Of a DNA stretch of 64,000 nucleotides, positions 1 to 10,449 are shown one piece after another. The first letter of the stretch is position 1, and each line of letters starts with the position of its first letter. Below the pieces are notes generated by a model, which saw only the letters and a list, made by a program, of their open reading frames with translations, did no database searches and had not been told where the DNA came from. Source of the stretch: Chiloscyllium plagiosum (taxonomy: Eukaryota); contig NC_057720.1 in the NCBI RefSeq assembly GCF_004010195.1, positions 3,827,938-3,891,937 of the forward strand, given 5' to 3'. A program made the position numbers and the translations under genes.

Positions 1-1150
1 TGGGGATAAAATAAGCACTACCGCATTTAGGTGGTAGTGTGGGGATTAAATAAGAACGAAAAAAATAAATAAATAAATAAACAGGAGTATTGGCTTGCTA
101 AAAAAAAAAGGAAAAAAATTAAACCCCCTAGATGCCTGCCCCTCTTCCGCGGTTATGTTAGAAGAAAAAAAGAAAAAGAAAAAAAAAAAAAATGAACAGG
201 AGCAGATCACACAGCACTGCCCTTTGATGTGAAGGGCAGTGCTTGTCACTGGCCACCCGGGTGTTTTCCTATCTTCCTGGTGGTGGAAATTGAATAAAGA
301 TTCGTGCACTTTGTGTCTTTCACTGTGTCTCACACCTGCAAAAAAAAAAAGAAAAAAGAGAGAAAAAAAAAAAGAACAGGAGCAGATCACACAGCACTGC
401 CCTTTGATGTGAAGGGCAGTGTTTGTCACTGGCCACCCGGGTGTTTTCCTATCTTCCTGGTGGTGGAAATTGAATAAAGATTCGTGCACTTTGTGTCTTT
501 CACTGTGTCTCACACCTGCACACACACACCATGGGTGCTGGGGGAAAAAAAATAAGCACTACCGCACTTAGGTGGTAGTGTGGGGGTTAAAAAAGAAATA
601 AAAAGAAAAAAAAAGAGAAAAAAAAGAAGATAAAAAAAATTAACAAAAAAAATAAAATAAACAGGAGCAGATCACACAGCACTGCCCTTTAATGTGAAGG
701 GCAGTGTTTGTCACTGGCCACCCGGGTGTTTTCCTATCTTCCTGGTGGTGGAAATTGAATAAAGATTCGTGCACTTTGTGTCTTTCACTGTGTCTCCCAC
801 CTGCACACACACACCATGGGTGCTGGGGGTAAAATAAGCACTACCGCACTTAGGTGGTAGTGTGGGGGTTAAATTTAAAAAAAAAGAAAAAAAAAGAAAA
901 AAATAAAAAAAAATAAACAGGAGCAGATCACACAGCACTGCCCTTTGATGTGAAGGGCAGTGTTTGTCACTGGCCACTCAGGTGTTTGCCTATTGTGAGT
1001 ATATGTGCAAGGACTCTCCTTGAAGGGGACTATCCCTGGACTAGCTGCCCTACAGAGAGAGGAAGGAAGAAAGAAGAAGGAGAAGAAGAAGAGACCAGTA
1101 CTCCCACTGCTGGTCTCTGGGACCCCGCCCAGACAAGAAAAAAAAATAAA
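1..1150 (+). repeat. Tandem array of A-tailed, hairpin-containing units (probable Tx1-clade LINE 3' ends) separated by AACAGGAG(CA)
   Basis: Units start with GATCACACAGCACTGCCCTT at 205, 385, 670 and 926. Each is preceded by ACAGGAGCA and ends in an A-rich tail. The motif also occurs at 81 and 1150. Segment 133-162 matches the Tx1-like ORF2 fragment at 36191-36220 (reverse complement) at 27/30 nt. Confidence 0.7.
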
Positions 1151-1264
1151 CAGGAGCATCCAACATCCTGACACCCTGAGAGAACTGGATCAGTGTCAAG
1201 GACCTTCCATGTGAATAAAGGGCAACTTAGTGATGGGAGACTAGATCTCTGTAGAGTTATTTAA
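1151..1264 (+). mobile_element. Probable 3' part of an LTR (host/target of the array)
   Basis: Continues directly from the last TAAACAGGAGCA. Contains AATAAA at 1214-1219 and ends GAGTTATTT. Resembles shark LTR 3' ends from memory only. Confidence 0.4.
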
Positions 1265-2008
1265 ATCTCTACCAATCAGAGCTCACTAACCAATTAATCA
1301 GCATTCTCCTCCCATGCAGTATAAATGTTGGCTCTCCCCTTGATGTGATATTCTTGCAAATTGTCCAGATGAGTGCAAGTCAAAAAGTTATAACAAAATA
1401 TATCTTGTGTTAGCAATACTTGAGGCGATGTGTAGCACTGTGTCTATCTATTTGAAAGGGTTGTCCAGTTACCGTCCCTCTGCCATGCTGTTCTCACAAT
1501 CCTGAAAATGTTCCCTTTCTAAACTTTTCTTAAATTTCCTTTTTAAAGCTATCATTGAATATGCTTCAATCTAACACTGTTTCATGCAGCATATTCCAGA
1601 TCACACGTCACTACGTAAACAACAATTCGCATGTCTCCTTCCCCCCCAGTTCCTCTACCAATGACCTTAGAAACTGTTTCTCTTCATTCACTGCTTCCAA
1701 ACCTCTTCTGATTTGGATTAAATAGTGATTCTCCTTAAATCTCCCTTGACATTTTCTAACCAAAACATCTCTCTCCTTCCAGTCACTCCATATTGTTTGA
1801 AGTGTTTCCCAGAAACACATTTTCCTCTCCGCCGTCTCTAACATCTCCTATCTGCTTCCATTGCCCGGTGTGTTCCAAAGTGTAAGAATTCATTAAATTC
1901 TCCTCATCTCACTCTCTGCTTTTTGAGCCAACTGCCTTTAATCTCTGGGATTTTAGTTTATTTATTCCATGATAAACCAGCAATAATTGCCCATCCCAAC
2001 TGTCCTCG

Positions 2009-2268
2009 TTCTCTCTCTGTCTGCGTGGGTTTTCCCCAGGTGCTCCTGTTTCCTCCCACAATCCAAAGATGTGAGGGTAAGGTAGATTGGCTGTGCTAAA
2101 TTTACCCAAAGTGACCAGGCGTGCATAGGTGAGGTAGATTAGCCATGGGAAATGCAGAGTTACAGGGATATAGGGGTGGGTCTGGGCGGGATGGTCTTCA
2201 GAGAATCAATGTGGATTTGATGGGCCGAATGGCCTGCTTCCACACAGTCGGGATTCCATCACTATGAA
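2009..2268 (+). mobile_element. HE1-type V-SINE, 5'-truncated
   Basis: Central domain GTTTCCTCCCACAATCCAAAGATGTG and CR1-like tail GGGCCGAATGGCCTGCTTCCACAC. Confidence 0.75.
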
Positions 2269-2841
2269 TCAGCTTCTTAACAGTTTTCTAGACCATTTTG
2301 AGTTTACAACAAGCAAGATAATCACAAAGTGGTTAAGAATTGACCACACCAAGATAAACATATTGTGGATCTGGAGTCACGTAGCATTCCACAGCCATGT
2401 TAAAGGGATTAAAGAACCAGATGGGTTTTTACAATAATCCAGTTGCCACATGCTCAACAGATACTGGCATTTCTTTCATTCCAAATGTATTTAATTAGCA
2501 GAATTGCCCAGCTGCTGAGACAAGCATTTGAACTCTCTGCCTGTGGATTATTATTTCAGATTTCTAGTCCACGAACATTACAACAGTGCTACCATAAAGA
2601 ATGTTGCCTGTCATGGTGTCATCAAGGTCAGCAGCACAGAGAAAGGCCCTTCAGCCCATCAAGCGTGTGCCAGTCATAAACAAGCACCTACTCTCTTCTG
2701 GGCCATCGTCTGTCACTGAAGCTCATGTGAGTAGGAAGTGCAAGTAAACGGTTTGCACTAGCTAACTCCATTCCAACTTCATGTCATTGATTGGTTAATT
2801 CTGGTTAGAAGCTCACTGGTTAGTCAGGGTAGTTAACTCAC

Positions 2842-3041
2842 CATTCCGTTTGTGTGCTGTTCTCCTGGAGAATACAGACAGCCTGTATCCCGATATCCCT
2901 CTCCAGCTTCTTAATGCTGAAATTCTTGTCCTGGTAGGATGTGCACTCCACATAGCTATCCTTTATTTCAGCATCATTCCGATCACTAAAAGACACAGGA
3001 GCCCCAAATTCTCTGCGGACACGTGAAATCATAATTTTTAC
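2842..3041 (-). CDS. DNAI3: DNAI3/WDR63 coding exon (VKIMISRVRREFGAPVSFSDRNDAEIKDSYVECTSYQDKNFSIKKLERDIGIQAVCILQENSTQTE-W)
   Basis: 200 nt, acceptor ctgcag and donor gtgagt, phase 0 to 2. Closely resembles recalled human DNAI3 ITYMISRKRSEFGAPIKFSDQNASSVKDAYIECTAYPDKNFTLKQLEKDVGMQ. The gene continues beyond position 1. Confidence 0.93.
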
Positions 3042-3074
3042 CTGCAGTGAAGAGAATAGTGATTATAAACATCT

Positions 3075-3294
3075 GGGAGAAAGTGAACACTGCAGATACT
3101 GGAGCTCAGAGTCGAAGAGTGTGGGGTGTTGGAAAAGCACAGCCGGTCAGGCAGCATCTGAAGAGCAGAAGAATTGATGTTTCAGGCAAAAACACTTCAT
3201 CAGGATGAAGAGCTTATGCTCAAAACGTTGACTCTCCTGCTCCTCAGATGCTGCCTGACTGGCTGTGCTTTTCCAGCACCACTCCCTTCAACTC
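3075..3294. mobile_element. Palindromic Penelope-derived short element with degenerate hammerhead core
   Basis: Arms TGGAAAAGCACAGCCGGTCAGGCAGCATCTGA and CAGATGCTGCCTGACTGGCTGTGCTTTTCCA are inverted. Centre GATGAAGAGCTTATGCTCAAAACG. Same sequence as the terminus of the GIY-YIG element at 16752-16877. Confidence 0.7.
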
Positions 3295-3411
3295 GATTAT
3301 AAACATGTGCTACATCATTTTCTATCTGACAAGGAGTAGATCTAATATTAAAGAAGTCAGAAGGTTATTTTTATATTCATTCCAGGGACAAGAGCATCAC
3401 ATCCCTAATTG

Positions 3412-3729
3412 TAACCGAATCCCTTAGTTTGGAAGCAAACCACTCAGCCCATTGAGTCTGCACCGACTCCCTGAAAGGCATTTCACCCAGACCCAGCTCC
3501 CCTATCTGCATGTTCCCGTGTCCAATTCACCGAGCCTGCATTCCACGGGCAATTTAGCATGGCCAAATCACCTAACCTGCACATCTTTGGATTGTGAGCA
3601 CTCGGAGGAAACCCACACAGACACGGGGAGAATGTGCAAACTCCACACAGACAGTCACCCGAGGCTGGGGGAATCAAACCTGGGTCCCTGACACTATGAG
3701 GCAGTAATGCTAACCACTGTGGCATCCAT
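3412..3729 (-). mobile_element. HE1-type V-SINE
   Basis: Reverse complement has the tRNA-like head CAGTGGTTAGCATTACTGCCTCATAGT...GGTTTGATTCC and the V-domain. Confidence 0.8.
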
Positions 3730-6700
3730 CATTGAAAAGGTGGTGATGAGCTGCTTTCCTGAATGAATACAGTCTTAAGGCTGAGATGGATAGATTCTTG
3801 ATCGGTCGGGGAAATAAGGATTATGAGATAAAGGCAGGAAAGTGGATGTGAGAAACATTGGATCAACCATGATCCTATTGAATAGCTGAGTAGGCTTGAT
3901 GGAGTTTCTTATGGTCTTATAGTCCATGTAGGAATAGAGTTCCAACTCCAATGTCACTAACATCGATGGTGACTTTAAAAGGTTTTGAAAAGTTTGGTCT
4001 AGCTTGAACTGGTTTGGTGGTTAATATGGCTTTCAAATGGCTGAATTCCTCCTGGCATTGTTCTGTCCACTGAAACTTTGTATTCTTCTTCAGCAAATTG
4101 GTTAATGGTGTCACTGCTGAAGTTTGGAACAAACTTCCGATAGAATCTGCTGAGTCCTAAGAATTGACGCACATCTTTCTGAGGTTGGTCATGGATATTC
4201 CTCAATGGCCTTTGTCTTTGTATCCCGCAGGGTCAACTTTCCATGACCGATGTTATGTCCCAAGAACGTCACCTCTGCTTTCACGAATTCCGTTTTATTT
4301 AAGTGTATCCCCTGTTTTGCTTCTCGAAGTCATTCAAAGAGCCCTGCCAACTGTACCATGTGATCTTTCCAGGACTTACTAAAGATCACGACATCGTCCA
4401 AATAGACAGCACAGTTTGTAAACCCAGCCACAACTCTGTTCATGAGTCTTTGGAATGTTGGGGGGTGCATTCTTCACTCCAAAGGCATCACTTTAAACTG
4501 ATATAGCCCATTTGGGGTTACAAATGCAGAACTTACTTTCACCGTCTCTGATAAAGGTACCTGCCAGTAACCAAGCATTAAGTGCAACTTGGTGATGTAA
4601 TTGGCTTGTCCGACTTTCTCAATACAGTCCTCCAATCTCGGAATTGGATATGAGTCCAATTTTGTAACAATGTTGAGCTTCCAATAATCCATGCAGAAAC
4701 ATTGAGTCCTGTTCGGTTTGAGAACTAAGACGATCAGCGAACTCCACTCGCTCTGACTTGGATCGATGGTGTCCTCATCAAGCATGGCCTCCACCTCCAT
4801 CTGGACCTGTCTGGCTTTGAAAGGATTGAGCCGAGAGGGGTGTTGTTGTATCAGAGCAGTATTCCCTATGTCTACTTCGCATTCGTCCTTCCCATCTGAT
4901 TCTTACATATGTCCTTATTCTGCATTAACAAATCTTTCAACTGCATTCTATGCTCCTGAGACAGATACCTTACTAACCTATCCCATTCCTCAAGGGCTTC
5001 TTCATTTTTTAGTCTATTTTGAGGCACATCAAAATCCGTATCATCTGGATTTGATTCCTCACTCTGCGGGGCAGTAACTAACACCTGTCTCTCCAGTTCT
5101 TTCTCTCTAGTATAATACGGTTTCAACATGTTCACATAACATACACGATACCTTTTTTTCTATCTGGCATCTTTACTAGATAGTTCACCTGACTCAACGT
5201 TTTCTCAGTTTGATAGGGACTATTAAACCTGGCTTTGAAGGGATCTCCTATCACTGGTAACAGTACTAACACGTCATCCCCTTGGGAAAACGCCCAAGTC
5301 TCAGAGCTTTTATCTGCCACCTGCTTTAATCTACATTGTGCCCTCTTTAGATGTTGTTTAGCTAACTCACCTATTCGATTTAATCGCTCCCTCATCTCCG
5401 ATACATAAACTAAGTGTGAAATCTCTGACTTTGGTCCCGTCAGTTTTTCTTTAATTAATTTCAAAGCGCCTCTCACTTGATGATCGAATATTAACTCAAA
5501 GGGAGTGAACTGAGTAGATTCATTTGGGGCATCTCTAATGGCAAACAATACGAATGGGATATGTATATCCCAATCATTCGGGTAATCCTGACAGTATGCT
5601 CCCAAAATGGTCTTCAAGGTCTGATGCCCCCTTTCTAAATCTCACTAGGATTCAGGATGATACATACTGGATTTAAAGTGCTGTATACCTAAGCTATCCA
5701 TAACCTCCTTGAACAGCCTAGCAGTAAAACGTGACCCTTGGTCCGACTGAATCTCTCTGGGTAGCCCATACCATGTGAAGAAAGCTACTAACTCCTCTAC
5801 TACCCTTTTTGCCTTGATGCTCAGTAATAGAGTTGCCTCCGGAAATCTGGAAGACACCTCTATTATGGTTAACAAGTGCTGGCTCCCACTTTTAGTTCAC
5901 GGGAGGGGACCCACATGAAAGGTTATAACCCACATGAAAGGTTCTTCAAATGTGGGAATTGGCAACAAAGGGGCTGGTTTTATTCCCGCCTGTGGCTTAC
6001 CTACCATTTGGCATGTATGACACGTACGGCAAAAGTTAACCACATCGTTGTGCATTCCAGGCCAATAAAAATGTTTTCGTAACTTAGCCTGAGTCTCTCC
6101 TACCCCTAGGTGACCTCCTACAAGTAGTTCATGTGCTACCCGTAACACTTCCTGTCTGTATGCGACTGGCAACACAATCTGGTGCACTACGGCCCATGTC
6201 TCCTCTGCACTAACCTGCCGTGGTCTCCATTTCCACCTTAGGATTCTATCTTTCAGATAATAAGCCTCCAGAATATTCTCTGCCTCCATTTTAGAGTATG
6301 CATCCATATATATATATATCTTTTAGCCTTTCGGGACTGAACACTTCCTTCTGACCCTCTGCCTGTTCAGGTTTTTCCTGCACCATTACATCAAACAGGG
6401 TGTCCGCTAACTGAGCCTCAACTCCTTCATCTTTCTCTTTATCTTTCGCGTCGTGCTGTGACTTATGATAGTGCGATCAGGTTACCATGCAGTATCCAGG
6501 GAAGATGCCAGGATATTTCTGTTTTACCTCCTCAGTTTCTTGGTCTTCCTTGGGCTTCTCCACAACAAGGGGTGTCACTCTGACTTTGGATCCTGCCAAA
6601 TCATTCCCCAAAACAAACTGAATCCCTGGAACTGACACTCTGTCAATCACTCCCACTATAACTTTCCCAGTCTTGAGTTGGCACAACAACTTGATCTTAC

Positions 6701-8374
6701 ATAGAGGAACGCTAAATTTCTGTCCATCTATCCCACAAATTACCACACTCTTGGGTAACAGATGAGAAAGAGTGCATATTCGCTCATCTCTTAATATCAG
6801 TGACTGGTTAGATCCCGTATCTCTCAAAATTATAACTTCTTGTCTTTATCCCCCTGTTCTGTCCGAGTAAATTTTACCCACAGAGGTGAATTCTTTGTAG
6901 AGATCAGGTACTAACTCCATACCCGGCCCCGGCCTAGGCTGGGCACTCTCCTGCAGCTCCTCAGCTCTTCTTGGGGTCTCCTTTACTACCTTCACTAAGG
7001 CCACTGGCTTAGCTTCTTTTACCACATCTTTTCCCACAGTGCCTTTTTCTTTAACAACCAGCACTGTATCTTTACGTGTCCCACTTTACCTCAGTGTAAA
7101 CACCTGAGGCCTTTCACCTCCTGTCCACCCTCTTGGGCTTCCTTTTTATCCTGTGGTAAATTCTTACCAATGTTCTCTACTCTTGGTTTCGTAGTGTAGG
7201 ATCTCCCCTTCTCCCAACTTTTATCCCTCACAGGACGAAATTCTGGCTGGAGACTTGTCTTATGCGCCAACATGTACTCATCTGCTAATTCTGCCGCCCT
7301 TCTCACTTCCTGAACTTTCTGTTCCTCCACGTGAATTCTTACCATCTCTGGAAGTGAGTTTTTAAACTCTTTCAGCAGAATAATCTCTCATAGAGCCTCA
7401 TAGGTCCTATCTATTTTCAAAGCATGCACCCATTGATCAAAATGACTATGTTTAATTCTTTCAAACTCAACGTAAGTCTGACCTGGTTCCTTCTTTTCTG
7501 AACTGCTGTCTATATGCTTCTGGTACCAATTGATAAGCACTTAAAATAGCCTGTTTAGCCTCTTCATAATCTCTTCACCCCTCATCTGACAGTATAGCAA
7601 ATACCTCACTAGCTCTTCCTACCAGTTTAGTCTGAACTAGCATTATCCATAAATTCTTGGATCATTCCATTTGCCTAGCCAATTTTTCAAATTAAATAAA
7701 GAAACCTTCAACATCTTTCTCATCAAAATGTGGCAGCATTTTGACATATTTATACATATCACTACCTTTTCTTTTAATCTCCATCCTGTTAACTTGACTT
7801 TGCTGACTAAGTCGCAACTTCTCAAGTTCCAAAGTCTTTCTCTTTCTTTCTCCCTTTCTTCTCTCTCTGTCTTTGCTCAGCCAAGAACCTTCTCTCTTTC
7901 TCTTTCTCTCTCCCTCTCCCTTTGTTTATCTTTTAACTCCATTTTCCTCAATTGTAATTTATGTTTTTCTACCTCTACTGCACTTACCTGTTTCTTGCAT
8001 ACACCCAAGTGTTTGAGTAATTCCCTGACAATTTCAGCTTTACTTTTGTCCTTGGTTAAACCCAAATCTAATTTTTTTGTTAATTCTAAAAGTATGGCCC
8101 TTTTCTTTTCTTCTAAACTTTCTTGGCAAACTTGAGAATCATCTTCAAATCCCAGAGCCTCTTAGCAATTTTAAGAGCCACTTCCCTCACTTTTAAATTA
8201 ATTAACCACAAGTCACCGAAATTAAACAAATTGACTCACCAATGCAAGGTTCGTGAAGGTTTGCCTCACCAATGTTTTATTTAAAGATCTTGGACACTAA
8301 CCTGCAAGTGTTTAAATCTGCTGGGATTTTTTGTACCCCTAAATCTATTCAAATCTGTCTAAACCAGTTCAAAT

Positions 8375-8392
8375 CATGGGCCCGAGCCCCCA
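8375..8392 (-). promoter_or_regulatory. Primer-binding site complementary to tRNA-Pro
   Basis: TGGGGGCTCG begins 3 nt after the LTR end on the minus strand and matches the first 10 nt of the canonical tRNA-Pro PBS TGGGGGCTCGTCCGGGAT. Confidence 0.8.
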
Positions 8393-8395
8393 AAC

Positions 8396-9109
8396 TGTTA
8401 CAACACGGGGTAAATTCTCCCGCTTAATTTAAAATCAGCAACACAAAAAAGATTTATCGCATACAGTAATCTGTAAAAATCCAAGTGGCCAAGAACTATT
8501 TAAAGTAAAAATGAACAACTTTATTTCTTAAAGTATAACAAAGAATAAATAACTAACAACTATTTACAATTCATTTCTCTAACCTATCTTTACCTTCCGT
8601 TCTATAATAATAGTCCGATAAAATTCCCAATTAGGATTTACAGAAAAATTCAAATTTTAAAACCAGCCAGCGGTCAAATCTTCTCTTTATCTTTGTCGGT
8701 AGATTTTCTCCCTAGGTCGGTGTTGAGGTTTTCCTCTGTGCAAACTCCTTCTCTAGACAATTACTTCTCAGAGAGTTCTGACTAGCCATCTACATCTGTT
8801 GGTCTGGTGGCAGTTCTCCTCCCAAATGTTCAACTTTCCCTGGTCTTATACCCCAAAGCATCAGATTATGTCATTGGCTTTTAAGATTGTTAATATACTC
8901 AATCCAAACTTGATTGGAATTTGGTATTTTTCGGAGTATGATTTAAACTGGCCAAGTTCGAATCTGTTTTGTCGTTTCCAGGCAACCAGCTGCCCCAGTA
9001 GCTGGAGCACATGTTACCTTGCGTCTTATTGAGAACACTTGGTGACTTGGTGCTGTCACTGCTAGCTTTTACTCTCTTAAAGGTACAGTACACCCACACC
9101 TTCATAACA
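8396..9109 (-). repeat. 5' LTR of the Gmr1-like element (714 bp)
   Basis: TGTTA...TAACA termini, AATAAA on the minus strand near 8520, adjacent PBS, and similarity to 46933-47699. Confidence 0.8.
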
Positions 9110-9812
9110 ACTGGCACAGAGAAAAAGAGCCCAGAACTTCCTGCCCAGTAGACTCATAGCCCCAGCAGCAGGGTTACAGGTAAACGCCACAGCACTGGTA
9201 TGCACAAGATTTGGAAATATATTGCCATTCCTTCAGGGTTGCTGGGTGAAATCCTGAAATTCCCTCCCTAAGGGTTTTGTTGCTCTACCTGCAGCATATG
9301 GTCTGCAGTGGTTCAAGAGGTAGCTCACCCCCCCCCCCCCCCTTCTCAAGGGGCAATACCTACAATACCCACATCCCATGAATAAATAAAAAGAGAAATG
9401 GGTAGAAGCCATGTGTTGCCAGGTGCTGTTGATGGAGCATTGTTGTGTTGCTGCTGCACACCTTGGAGGTGGGACATATTGTTGTCAATATTTCAGTAGT
9501 GCTGGGAGGGAATAAGGTGCTGTCTGGGGTGTGGACAATATGGCTGTTTTATTCAGCGTGGTGTCAAACATCTCTATTCTTTAGAGCTGCACTTATCCAA
9601 GCAAAGGTCTTGAAGATGATGACCAGGCTTTGTAGAATCAGGAGGTGAGTTACTCGCTGCAAAGTGCCCAGTCTCTGACCTGCTCTTGTAGCCACAGTAT
9701 TTATAAGGGTGGTCCAGATATATATTTGTTGATGGTAACCTGAAGATGCTGACATTGAGGGATTCAGTGATGATGATGTTGCAAGTGTCAAGGAGAGATA
9801 TTTATAGAATCA

Positions 9813-10120
9813 GGTGACATGGTGACCCAGTGGTTAGCACAGCTGGCTCATAGCACCAGGGACCCAAGTTTGATTCCAGCTTTGGGTGACTCTCTGTGTG
9901 GAGTTTGCATGTTCTTCCCGTGTCGGCATGGGTTTCCTCCGGGTGCTCCAGTTTCCTCCCAGAATCCAAAGATGTGCAGGTTAGGTGGGTTGGCTGTGGG
10001 AAATGTGGGGATATGGTAGAGGGGGGGAGGGGGGGGGGTGGTTTGGGTGGAATGCTATTTGGAGGGTCAATGTGGACCCGATGGGCCAAATGGCCTGTTT
10101 CCACACTGTAGGGATGCTAT
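9813..10120 (+). mobile_element. HE1-type V-SINE
   Basis: Head GGTGACCCAGTGGTTAGCAC...GTTTGATTCC, V-domain and CR1-like tail. Confidence 0.8.
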
Positions 10121-10449
10121 GCAGTGTGGAAAGAGGCCATCAAGTCTGCACTGATCCTCTGAAAAGCATCCCACCCAAACCTAGCCTCCCACTCCCAACC
10201 CTAGCCTCAAAACCCTGCATTTATCATGGCTAATCCACGCAGCCTACACATCCTTGGACACTATGGCCAATCCACCGAAACTGCACATCTTTGCTCTGTG
10301 GGAGGAAACCAGGGAAACCAGAGCACCCAGAGGAAACCCTAGCAGACACCCAGAGAACATGCAAACTTCACACAGCCAATTGTCTGAGAGTGGAACATGG
10401 GTCCCTGGTGCTGTGAGGCAGCAGTGCTAACCACCGAGCCACCATGCCT
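10121..10449 (-). mobile_element. HE1-type V-SINE, tail-to-tail with the previous copy
   Basis: Ends TGCTGTGAGGCAGCAGTGCTAACCACCGAGCCACC, the reverse complement of the SINE head. Confidence 0.8.

Larger units (their letters stand above)
3942..9109 (-). mobile_element. Decayed Gmr1-like Ty3/Gypsy LTR retrotransposon (5'LTR-PBS-gag-PR-IN-RT-partial RH), 3'-truncated
   Basis: Minus-strand order: gag about 8150-7060 with degenerate CCHC; protease LRDTGSNQSLI (6477-6827); integrase HHCC GHLG...CRTCHTC, core IQSDQGSRF...YHPES and GPY/F-like region (6307-5132); RT SEWSS..VLV..K, GYWQVPL, YLDD near 4395; start of RNase H KPFKVTIDVSDIGVG. Many frameshifts and stops. Confidence 0.9.

Noticed and set aside
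1..1160. CRISPR-like repeat/spacer appearance of the array
   Set aside because: Vertebrate context, no cas genes, a recurring motif of only 7-10 nt, and inserts that are mostly copies of one A-tailed unit. Retrotransposition explains it better.
46..1214. ORFs over the array (46-525, 711-977, 875-1174, 950-1171)
   Set aside because: Phe- and Lys-rich translations of poly(A/T) tracts and repeat units, with no protein signature.
7671..8135. 154-aa plus-strand ORF
   Set aside because: Antisense shadow of the gag coiled-coil (GA-rich) region.
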